Shown: in pieces, positions 37,786-48,518 of the stretch
Numbering within the stretch: the first letter of the stretch is position 1
Layout of the letters: the number at the start of each line of letters is the position of its first letter
Source: Guillardia theta CCMP2712
Lineage: Eukaryota > Protista > Cryptophyta
Assembly (NCBI RefSeq): GCF_000315625.1
Contig: NW_005434590.1
Location: forward strand, 179,560 to 243,559
Direction: 5' to 3'
Length of the DNA stretch: 64,000 nucleotides
Notes under the pieces: generated by a model
The model's input: the letters and a program-made list of their open reading frames with translations, nothing else
The model's database searches: none
Told to the model about the DNA's origin: nothing
Program-made: the position numbers and the translations under genes

Positions 37786-39169
37786 CTAATACTGCTGGTT
37801 GCTGCGGCGCATCAAACTGCGGGTGCGTCTCGACTCCTTGTCCTTGCCTGCAACCGAGTTTCTCAACGGCTAGTCAAACTCTGAGTTGTCAAGACTTACG
37901 GATCTTCTTCTCATTGTTGGTCTCGAAGGTGCGACGGCGCTTGAGCTCAACGAGATGTCCAGACTTTGCGACAGCGATCTGAGAACAAAACGTCAGTGAC
38001 GACAAACACACGACGACGACGGAGGATCGAGTTGCAGGTGGTGTGGGTTGTGGAATAAACACAAAGAGATGGTGATGAAGAAAACAGAGAACACAAGGAT
38101 CGATCTGCAAAGGATCTACAGTCGGCGAGCCACATACATCAGGCCACATGGAATGGAGGGCAACAAGACCAGATGATTACAACACATCAACTGTGGAAAG
38201 AAATGTACAGAACAACTCAAACTTCTCCAACAGAACACAACAATTCAAACTACTCGATTGCATCTATTCTGTCGTTCTTCACGCTCATGACAGGGAAGCA
38301 CAGAGAAGAGACATCGGCAAAACTCTCACCTTGAATCGCCTCATGGCAGACTCGATCGGCTCTCCCTCGTTGACCGCAACCTTGATGTCAACCATCGTTG
38401 GCGCCACGGTGACCTTCAAAACGGCATCGTCACGTTATCAAGTCAGGTGATGTGGAAGTTGTGCGAGGTACAAAACATACAGATCAGTCACAATGCACGA
38501 TGAGCTTGTGATAGTCACTCGGATACAAGATCAGCATGAAAGGAAACACCATAAAGACAACAAACACAATCAACTTGGTGGAAAAGAAGTTGTTACAACA
38601 ACACCTTCCCGGATAGCAAGAATAAAAGACATACGGACAGACACTCAAAGACGGACAGGGGCAACACAACATCAGGCCACGGATAGCGATGGCTGCGAAC
38701 TTACAGGACGGCGGGTAGACAGCGCAGGAGCAGAGAAGCGGGCAGCTGGGGTGACCAACGAGGAGGAGGCAGGGGTGAAAAAGCCATCAACTCCGGTCAT
38801 GAGGGCCTGTCATTTTGCGTTACCTCCTTGCAAGAGTTTCATGGCAGCATTTGAAGAAGCCAACGAGATAGAGACAGGAAAGCGCGGCGAAACTTGAGAT
38901 GAAGATGAGAAGGACAGGATGGAGAGAAGAAGAATAGGAAGTATGGGTTGTCAAATCGAGAATTCTCATGCTTTGGTGACGGACAAATGCGCGGCCCCTC
39001 TTTTTGAGACATGTGAAGAAAACAGAGTGAAAGAAGCGCTTCGTCATGGTTGACTTCCTCCTCTTGTTTCTCTCATCATGTTGAGTGGAGATTATCGTCT
39101 TCGTCCTCCATTATCCCCTCTCCTCACCATGGAAGCGGCGGCCGCGATCGTAAGAGCGCGAGTGAGCAT
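37786..39169 (-). CDS. rps21: Nucleus-encoded plastid ribosomal protein bS21 with bipartite targeting leader
   Basis: Spliced MLTRALTIAAAASM|ALMTGVDG-FFTPASS…TRRP|VTVAPTMVDIKVAVNEGEPIESAMRRFK|IAVAKSGHLVELKRRRTFETNNEKKIR|KDKESRR…QQY*. The S21 signature is EPIESAMRRFK…G.L.E.KRR..FE. Confidence 0.85.
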
Positions 39170-39646
39170 GGCCTTGGATGGTACAGGTGCGACAGGAAGC
39201 GAAAGAAAGGGGGTGGGGGTACTGGGGTGGTATGGGAATGATGGGGTACAATGAACGGGTGGTGAATGGGATTTGGAGGGTAGGGTAAAGGGAAGGTCAG
39301 TCCATAGGTAGGGGTGGTTGGAAGATGGGGGGGTAGTGGGGAGAAATGAAGTTGAGATGTGAGCCAGAAGACCGGGGGCCATGCTCGACGCATCTAGAAC
39401 TAGGGAATGAGGGGGTGGGGGTGGGAGAAATGGTTGACAGGGGTGGGGGTAGAATTAAGTAGGAGGGGTGGGCTATGGAGGGTTTCCAAGGGGGTAGTTG
39501 AAAAGGAGGTGGTGGTACTTGGGGTACATGATCCGTTGAAAGGGGGGTGGGTAGTGCGGCCTCAGCATGCGTGACCAACTATTACTCAATATTTCTTTTT
39601 CGGAAGTTGAAAATACCTTGTACATTTTGAAATTTCAATGTCAATT

Positions 39647-39746
39647 NNNNNNNNNNNNNNNNNNNNNNNNNNNNNNNNNNNNNNNNNNNNNNNNNNNNNN
39701 NNNNNNNNNNNNNNNNNNNNNNNNNNNNNNNNNNNNNNNNNNNNNN
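39647..39746. other. Assembly gap (100 N)
   Basis: N bases. Confidence 1.
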
Positions 39747-39838
39747 TGCATTTTGATAACTATTTGTACGAGAGAAATTGATACCATACTTCAATACATC
39801 TTAATAGTGTTTTTCTTTTAAAGTTGTACCAGTTTTTA

Positions 39839-40105
<267 letters not shown>

Positions 40106-40359
40106 CTATAAGAAACACACACACAGAGGGTGTGGAAGAAGAAGCGTGAAACTCGATACTGAATGCTTGTTGCTATCAATTTGATGACAACCCTCATACA
40201 ACAATCCAAGTAAAATAAGGTTTGTGTGAAGCGGATGTCATAAATTCTTACGATTGGGAGAGTAGAAGATGAATGATATGTGGCTGCATGTTGGTGCGAC
40301 AATACAAACAACGAGAAGGAAGAAGCAGAGGCAGATCAAAGAAAAAGATTCATTTCTGA

Positions 40360-42528
40360 TCATCTCGTGAAATCAAAACAGGGGTGTGTCCTTGACGTGA
40401 GGCTGGATCCGAGTTGTATCCTCATGCCCTGGAAGTCGAAGGAGGAGTTTGAATCTTGGGTCTTCTTCACCTCCTTCAGAGATTCCTCCTCCTGCCTCTC
40501 CCTCCTTAATGTCACCCTCATCTTCTCCTCCGAGATCTGTTCGCCTCCTGCCGACCCCTTGGGAACATGGAAGCCAAGGTCCTCCATTACCCTCTCCGTC
40601 CTCTCGTTCTCTACAGCCCCGATGACGTCGGTAACTTGTAGCTGGAGCACGCCCTCGAAGCTCTTTGCCTGCTCCTCTAGTAGCGTGAAGATACCGAGCT
40701 TCTGCCCGTCCTTGAGGACCCGGGTCATACCTGTCACCGGCAACTTGGGTACGGAGGAGGGGTACCTGAAGTTCTCTACCCCCGACCTCTTCATCTGCAG
40801 CTCAGTGAGGCTGTCGAGCAACCAGAGGTCGTCGGGGATGCCGCAGAAAGGTTTCTGAAAGATCTGAAGCAACATCTGATCTAGCCTCTCCGCCTCCTGC
40901 AAGTCCAGGGAGGGCACGTACTGCTTGTCCAGGGAGATGGTCTTGTTCTTGTCATAGCGATGAAACATGGCTCGTGCTCCGGGTAGGCCGAGGGTATCAA
41001 GCAGCAGCGGGTGTTCCTTGACGTAGGCTAGAAACTCTTGCTCCGTGATCCTCGTTCTATCCGACTGATCGGCCGGAGGAAGCGTATGCCTCTTGCGCGC
41101 CTCCTCCTCCCACAGCCAGTCGGCGACGAAGGGAAGGCCGCTGATGTCGAGGACCCTCAGGGTCTTGAGCTTACCGAGTTCAGAGGGAAGCCCATCTTTG
41201 TTGAAGTACATGCCAGCAATGTTGAGCACTTCGATGCTGCTGAAGCTGCCGATGCCGGGAGGGATGGCCTTGAGCATGTTGAAGCTCAGGTTGAGCTTGC
41301 GGATGGAGATGATGAACTCAGGGGAGAAGAGGACGGGAGGAAACTCTGTCATGTAGTTGTAAGAGATGTCGATGTCTTGGAGGAGCACCATCAGCTTCAG
41401 CTCATCAGGAAGCTCGGTGATGTTGTTGTGGCTCAGGTCAAGCTTGACAACAAACTGATGCGCGTGATACACGTCAGACGTAACATTTCGCATCTCACAG
41501 CAAGACATGATACAGTCTCCCACAGCCTCTCTCCCGTAGAAATGCACACCGTTGATACCGTACATGTTGCCGTAAGAAGCAACACCAAAGTTTTCCAGGT
41601 TGTGAAATCTCATAAACTTAGCTGGCAGTCTGAAGAACTCATCAACTTCAACCAGCGAAGCCTTCTGATGGTTCTTGGGCATGGCATGTTTCCCTCCCGA
41701 ACTTTTGTTCTGTATGCATTCACCATAGTACTTGTCGATCCCCGTTGATGGAATGCGAGGAAGGTCTTTGACTCTCCCTAGGGGGATCCAGACCTTCCCG
41801 TTGAGAGAGTAGGATAGCTCGAAGGAGCTCAGAGCACAGAGCGAGTCGTCCTCCTTGCTTGCCAGCCATGACATGAAATTCCATAGGACGATGTGGGAGA
41901 TGAAGTAGACACTAGGAAGCTCGAACTCGATCCACAGTTCTTCTCCTCGCATGCCGACGTCGGAGCACCAGGCGTGCATGTTGATCTCTCCAGTGTGTAC
42001 CATCATCTCGTCGGCCGTCATTGCCAGCCCGTTGTTGTTGACAACAAATTTCGGGCTGCGCATGCTGTCGTCAGACGCGACCCCTTCCCTGCTCCCTTGC
42101 CAATTGGATGCCCTGCATGCCACGTCGGGAACGTAGGAAGGGCGGAGAAAGGAGAGAAACTCGTTGAGCTCTATGAAGCCGCTTCCATCTTCATCGACAA
42201 CCTTGACGATGTTGGAGATGTCTGCATCCTTGATGATGTCAGGGCGGATGTTGGCTCGCCGACAAGCATTCCTGAACTCATCGAACGTGAGAGCTTTTCT
42301 CCCATGCAGGTCCGCCATGTCAAAGTGCCTCTTCCACTCTTCCTCGGTAACCCGCCTTGTCTGCCCCTGCATCCTCTGCTGTAGCTGAAAGATCTCATCG
42401 GGGCTCAGAATCTTCTTCTTCCTCCTCCCCTCCTTCTCTGCCCCCTGCAGCTCCGCTCGCAGCTTGCGCAGCTTGCTGAACATGGCAAGATCTCGCTCGA
42501 CGATCTCCTCAGTCACAGCGGTTACCAT
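40360..42528 (-). CDS. EF-hand + discoidin (F5/8 C)-like + leucine-rich repeat protein (ends uncertain)
   Basis: EF-hands (FDMADLHGRKALTFDEF; VDEDGSGFIELNEF). Discoidin-like segment (WIEFEL…ISHIVLWN…FELSYSLNGKVW…AKFMRF). LRRs (LDLSHNNITELP; LNLSFNMLKAIP; LPSELGKLKTLRVLDIS). Confidence 0.75.
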   Translation of the reverse strand: MVTAVTEEIVERDLAMFSKLRKLRAELQGAEKEGRRKKKILSPDEIFQLQQRMQGQTRRVTEEEWKRHFDMADLHGRKALTFDEFRNACRRANIRPDIIKDADISNIVKVVDEDGSGFIELNEFLSFLRPSYVPDVACRASNWQGSREGVASDDSMRSPKFVVNNNGLAMTADEMMVHTGEINMHAWCSDVGMRGEELWIEFELPSVYFISHIVLWNFMSWLASKEDDSLCALSSFELSYSLNGKVWIPLGRVKDLPRIPSTGIDKYYGECIQNKSSGGKHAMPKNHQKASLVEVDEFFRLPAKFMRFHNLENFGVASYGNMYGINGVHFYGREAVGDCIMSCCEMRNVTSDVYHAHQFVVKLDLSHNNITELPDELKLMVLLQDIDISYNYMTEFPPVLFSPEFIISIRKLNLSFNMLKAIPPGIGSFSSIEVLNIAGMYFNKDGLPSELGKLKTLRVLDISGLPFVADWLWEEEARKRHTLPPADQSDRTRITEQEFLAYVKEHPLLLDTLGLPGARAMFHRYDKNKTISLDKQYVPSLDLQEAERLDQMLLQIFQKPFCGIPDDLWLLDSLTELQMKRSGVENFRYPSSVPKLPVTGMTRVLKDGQKLGIFTLLEEQAKSFEGVLQLQVTDVIGAVENERTERVMEDLGFHVPKGSAGGEQISEEKMRVTLRRERQEEESLKEVKKTQDSNSSFDFQGMRIQLGSSLTSRTHPCFDFTR

Positions 42529-43184
42529 TCGCTGCTTGCTCTTTCATCCCCTCCTCCTCTCCTCCCCTTCATTACTCCTGCTCTTGCTGCTGCTACTCCT
42601 GCTCCTGCTGCTCCTGCTGCTCCTGCTGCTCTTGCTTCTGCTCCTGCTGCTCTTGCTCCTGCTCCTGCTGCTGCTGCTCCTCCTCCTCCTCCTGAGATGT
42701 ATCCAGCTCGCTATCTCCAACTTCACCCTCCTCCCGCCCTCCCTCCCACTGATAAACGGGCCTACAGGGTCTGCTACAGGGAGAATCGGGGAGGTGAACC
42801 TGGGATAAGCGGGGAGGGAGGGAGGGAGGGAGGGAGAGGGAGGGAGGGAGAGGGAGGGAGCAGAGGGAGGGAGGGAGGGAGGGAGGAGGAAGCGGAGGAG
42901 CAGAGGGAGGTAAGAGAAGCGGAGGGGGGGAGGGGGAGAGGAGAGGGAGTTGGTCAGTATAGCAATAAAAAGATTGCCAGGAAACCCTACACTGTGATGC
43001 TGCTGCTGCTGCTGATGATGATGATGGTGACAATGAAGGGCTCGCCCTCACAATGTAACCATCTGAGTTTTCCTTACACCATGGATCGAAGGACGATGCT
43101 CGTACGAACACGTTTTTAATGATCTCATCTCTTAAAGAAAAGGTTCAAGATCTCTCACTTCACAGCATCTTGTCTAACTTCTCA

Positions 43185-45483
43185 TCAATCTTCGGCAAAG
43201 TCGTGTGCCCTCGACCGAAGCCTGCCAAGCATCTCATCACTGTCAACTTCTTCTTTGCCTCGCCAACCACTTCACCATCCCCCTCCCCTTCCCTCCTTTA
43301 CTGCACTCTCTTGTCTCCTTGATCCTCCTTGCCCCTCATTCCTGACCCTCCTCCTCCTCCTCCTCCTCCTCCTGTCTCCTGTCTCCTGTCTCCTCCTCCT
43401 CCCCCTCTGTCTGTCTGTATCCTTCCCTCCTTCCCTCCTTCCCTCCCTCCCTCCCTCCCTCCCTCCCTTTCCTCACCTCCTGACAGCGACGCAAAGTCAA
43501 CGAGAACTCTGCCCGTCATTTCACCTGAGACTCCATCAGCAAGCTCTTCTCCCCTCCTTCTCCTCCTTCTCCTCCCACTCCTTCTCTGCAGGCAAACTCC
43601 TGCCATCCTTCCATCCCCACCCCTTCCCGTCTCCCCTCTGACCCCTCCTCCTTGATCCTCCTCCCTCTTGCACTCACTGTATCGCTCTGGCGTCATCACT
43701 TGCAGCAACGCATTCCAAAACCCTCTGGTCACGTTGTGCGCGTTGGTCGAGCCATGGATCTTGACCTGACCCTTGTTCAGCACCTCCTCTTACTCCTCCT
43801 CCCAACTGCCCTCTCTCTGCACCATCTCCCCGATGTACCAGAGCTCATGTTTGAGTCCTCCTGCTCCTCACCTTGATATCTTTGATGCCAATGGCCTGGC
43901 ACATCCTCGCAACGTTCAAACTGCATTGCAAGCCTGTTCCAGCCCTCGCCGGCATCGCAATGATCTTAGTCTGTGCAAGCAAGTGAGGATAGAAGGAGGA
44001 GGGGAAAGAGATGGAAGCAGCAGGACAAGTCAGGAGAGGACGAGGAGAGAGAGCGAGCCAGAAAATTAAGGAAAGAGTGGCAGTGAAAGCCTTCAGACCT
44101 TCTTGTACTTGGTCACGACACTGTGGAACATTGTGCGATTATCGTAGGTCTCAAAGTAATGAATGTTCTTCTTCCTGCAGCCAAAAATTCACCAGAGGAA
44201 AAGAAATCACGAGCAAACGCAAAGAGGTTGAAAGGTGTCAGGGTTTCAGGTAAGGAGATCATGCGGAAGACGGGTTGAATCCCATGGGTCAATGACGCTG
44301 TTGCGATGTAGCAAATGCTGAGATTCAAGGACAAGGTGGGAGGGGAGCAAGATGAAAACAAGAACAACTTACTTGTGGGCATCCCAAACCGCCTTTTCAA
44401 CAGCGACAGCAACCTGAAGACATTCAAATCAAACTGCAAGACAGCAAATACATCCTGACGATCATGAGCGCCGTCGATGTTTATCATCATCAATCATATC
44501 ATTGTCATCAACTCATCACATTTCATCATGCTCGTCACGTCACTGCGGTCATGGGCACAGGCATCATGTCATCGGCAACGACTTCACCTCCTTGTCTTTC
44601 CCCCTGCCGATCGCTGCAACTCCCTGCTCACAATCAATCTCTTCATCACGATCGATCAAAGTCTTTCCAAACCTTTCCGTTTCCGCAGATGACAAGTGCT
44701 GCAAATCGAATCGTTTTGCCTCCCTTCCTCACAAGGGCAACCTACAAGGAGACACAATCAGAGCCAGAGCACGCAAATCGTTCGACTCGACGGCAAACAA
44801 GCAGCGTCGGCTGTTCACCTTGTTGATGTCGATCGTCAGAGCAATCGGCAACCTTGGCTGCAAGACAGGACCGTCAGGCGATTCTGCAAGCAGAGGATCT
44901 TCACTTCTCACAAGCTTGTCATCTCCAATCAGCTCAGGCTTGCGCCCTCTTCGGGGACGTGACTGTCTCTTGTCTGGCATTGATTTCCCTTCTCCATCCC
45001 CTTTAACAGGCTCGTCCTTGACATCTTCCACCTCCCCTTCAGCCGCTAGAGCTTCTGAACAGCAGAATGAGCATACTGAACCATCACAATCCATATTATC
45101 TACCCAGCTCCGGATCTCTTTCCTCCTCCTCGTTCTCCGGAAGCCTTGCGAAATTGCGGACAGAACTCAAAGCACAAAGAGCATCTGCAGCTGTGTGACC
45201 TACGAAGAGCAGCCGAGACGAGAGGGTACAAAGAGAGATGTAAGCGACTGTACCTTTGCGAAGGAACACACTTGATCCAAGTTTTTGCACACCAAGGTTT
45301 GAGAATCTGTAACCAGACGCTCTCACTCATAACAACCAAGTCGTTGATCTTACCTGGCAGGGCTATTATGCAGGCCTCTGGATATCAGAGCAGTCTGACG
45401 AGCAGACACCCTCAGAGCTTGTGACAAGAGGGACCTTGAGAACACTGAAAACAAATCAGAAAATATTTATGATCATGACTCAT
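43185..45483 (-). CDS. MRPS5: Mitochondrial ribosomal protein uS5m, about 10 or more exons
   Basis: Spliced …TIDINK|VALVRKGGKTIRFAALVICGNGK|GVAAIGRGKDKE|VAVAVEKAVWDAHK|KNIHYFETYDNRTMFHSVVTKYKK|TKIIAMPARAGTGLQC…IGIKDIK|VKIHGSTNAHNVTRGFWNALLQ. The presequence-like leader is FSRSLLSQALRVSARQ. The start position is approximate. Confidence 0.85.
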
Positions 45484-45786
45484 TGCTCTGTTGTCAGAGC
45501 TGTTGGTTCCAATCGAAAGTTCCAGCCTCGATTTCTGATACCAATCCTCTACATCTCCATAACAATTTGAATACAGATCATGATCCGATCCCTTCTGAGA
45601 GCTCTTCACAATCCTCAACCTTTCTGAACACTGACATTTTACACGAGTTGTATCTTGCATGCCAACATTAAAACTGTGATAACCCTCTCCCTCGCCCCCA
45701 CCCCCGACTCCCTCCCACCATGGATGCTCAAGATTCATAGTGCACGAGCTAAACTTGAAGCCTCTGGGAGTGTTTGGAACTGGATG

Positions 45787-45886
45787 NNNNNNNNNNNNNN
45801 NNNNNNNNNNNNNNNNNNNNNNNNNNNNNNNNNNNNNNNNNNNNNNNNNNNNNNNNNNNNNNNNNNNNNNNNNNNNNNNNNNNNNN
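45787..45886. other. Assembly gap (100 N)
   Basis: N bases. Confidence 1.
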
Positions 45887-46576
45887 TCTATGTTATCCAC
45901 TCTTCTTATCATCCTTTCCACTTTCTCTCTCTACGTTCTGCCATCTCTGTTCTTTCACCGGCCCCCCCGGCCCCCCCCCCCACCCCACCCAACCCTCTCT
46001 CCCCATCCTCGCGCCGTACCTCGGATCCCCCGGCATGTCTGCCTGCGTGCCTCAACCCTACCCGTTGGAACCACAATGGACCCCCACCCCTAAAAGTTTT
46101 TCACCCTACCCTACAAAATAGAACATTTTTAGCTCATGATGACCCCTTCTTGATTACATACCCCACCATGTCATATCGACATGTCATACCCCACCCTTCC
46201 TATTCGTACTCACTGCGGCCTGCTCTGCCTGGAGGCTGACCTGGTAGGGATTAAAAGTACCGGTACGTTTTAGAGGATAAAAGTCTATTCATGGTGGGTA
46301 CTAAGTTCGATGTAGGGGTGGAGTGTAACGTTAGAAGAAAAGACGGTAGGGTACAACGACTAGGGGTGTAATTGAAGGTCAAACATAGGGTACTTGTCAG
46401 AGGGGTAAGCTATCAGGGGTGGGGTAGGGGGTGAAGCGAGATGGTGCGAAGGGACAGTTGTTGTAGCCCTACACTCATGGTGGAAGGCGAAGAGTTGGAC
46501 GAGCGGGGCGAGGAAGTGAATGCAGAGGAACCAAGAAGAGATGCGAGCAGAGGACAGGAATGCATGGCATATCACG

Positions 46577-46633
46577 GTAGATCGGGGTAGATCGGGGCAG
46601 ATCAGGGTAGATCAGGGTAGATCAGGGTAGATC
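46577..46633. repeat. 10-bp tandem repeat (GTAGATCRGG), 5-6 copies
   Basis: Directly visible. Confidence 0.85.
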
Positions 46634-47122
46634 ATGGCAGAGAATTTTTATGTGATCAAAGAGGACTGTCTCGAAGCAACGAGCAGAGTTAGACTTTGAA
46701 TACTGGGAGCTACCTGACATTGTTCGGCTCAGGCTCTTAATTTGCAGAGAATGTTCTCTGGGCTGGGACAGAAGGAGAGCTTCGTGCTGATCAACTGGAA
46801 CACGCATCAGGTACTGATTGACTGAAGTGAGGTTGTACAACCATATATCACACAAAGAGGTGGACGTGCAGAATTAGACAAGTGGTGAATGTAAAAGTAT
46901 CAAATTCAGATAGAGAGCACTTATTGTATCAGGTGTACGAACTGAGTTGAATCCGCAAAAGAATAGCTCGTTGCGTATGAGGAGAGATGAACTGGTTGTA
47001 TGCCCGGTTGACTGGCATGACTCCAGGTTCTCACGGGCTGCAAGAAGGATATGGAGACCAAGACTTTTGTCTGCAAGAACACGGAGGAGCAAGCTTCTAT
47101 CGAGTGAAGGATTGCGATTCAA

Positions 47123-48311
47123 TTGAGGATGTTTCATCACAAAGAAAGAATGACGAGGAGAGCTGCATGGCTGATCTGCGGGACAGCCTGTTTGGCCCTC
47201 GTGCTGATTGCCGTCTCCTCCAATGGCGCGAGGAAGCGATCCGCTATGTTGTGGGATCGATACCCAGGTCGCAGATTGGGCTTCAAGGGGTATCCTCGCA
47301 GACAAGCCTTGACGTACGATCCTTTGGTGGCCGAGTACAACTACCACTATGAGAACAACCCTGAGTCGGATCAGTTTCAACCTCTGGCTTCGTGCCCATG
47401 GTGCTTCAGCACAGGACAAGGTCTTCCCTTGCAAGCCCGCAGGCTGAGGAGATCACAGGGCATGCTGAAGCAGCTGGCCAGGGGGAGGACGCAGATGCTA
47501 GAGGAGGTTTCTGACTTTCCAGACATCGAGGACGACGAGGAGATAAAGGAGCAGAGAAACTCTGTAAAGAAGCTCTTCAGAGCCTTCGAGCCCGTATCGG
47601 AGCAGATGAACAAGCTCTCAGAAGCTGAGAAGAAGGACTACGCAAACTTCTACCGCGCCTACTCCGCCTACCAACTTCCTCATCCCCTCTCCGTGGACGG
47701 GCCATGGCAACCGGAGATTGAGTCGCTAGGAGACGACCTACCTCCCTACCTCTACCCCTACAGTGAGGCCTACTACCCCAACGGGGGTACCACGAAGCCC
47801 ACGGTCACCATCAACGCCAACGGAGCGTTCAGCAGCAATTCCTTCCATGTCACTGGCCCACAGAGTATCAACGTGCAGATCGGAGGAGGAGGAGGAGGGG
47901 AGGAGAAGGATTCAAGCTACATCTACCCTGACGGCAAGCATGCGGTTGAGACCTCGTCCCCGAAGACTGTAGCGAAGCAGGTGAGGGGGGAAGGAGAGGG
48001 GAGGAGCAGGAGCGGGAGAGAGTTGGGAGGAAGTCAGACGAAAAGATAGCGCTAGAGGGCAGAGGGGAGGAGCTCGAGAATGGAGGAGATGGCAGAGGGG
48101 AGGAGCGAGAGACTGGAGGAGCACGCGTGACGTTGGTTTTGCTGCAGGTGGTTGGACGGCCTGTGGTCGATGGTTATGAAGGAGGCGAAGAGGTGAAGGC
48201 GACTTGCGATCCGGAAAACCCGGACTGCGGGTTTTGGCAGGTAGAGGGCAGGAGGAGGAGGGTTCATTGTTGAGGCTATTGCAGGACGTGTACGACGATG
48301 CGTACTACTGA
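47123..48311 (+). CDS. Hypothetical type-II membrane-anchored/secreted protein
   Basis: N-terminal hydrophobic anchor (AAWLICGTACLALVLIAVS). Spliced end …VAKQ|VVGRP…CDPENPDCGFWQ|DVYDDAYY*. Start uncertain. Confidence 0.65.
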
Positions 48312-48518
48312 TCTTACCAAATATATCCCTTAACGTTGTTTGTACACACGGATAGATTCTTGTCAATGCTTTGTCACTTTATAAACTGAAATTAGAAAGA
48401 CACGTGAAAGTGTAACCTCACGATCTTCACAGGTTTATCTTATCTTGTTGTTATCTTGATGCAAACTCGCCAGCTCAAGTCTGACAAACGATCCCTGCTC
48501 CATGTGTCACTCTTCCTC

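Noticed and set aside
43185-45483. Treating these exons as the 5' part of the EF-hand/LRR gene
   Set aside because: They splice into a complete uS5m with its own stop at 43185.
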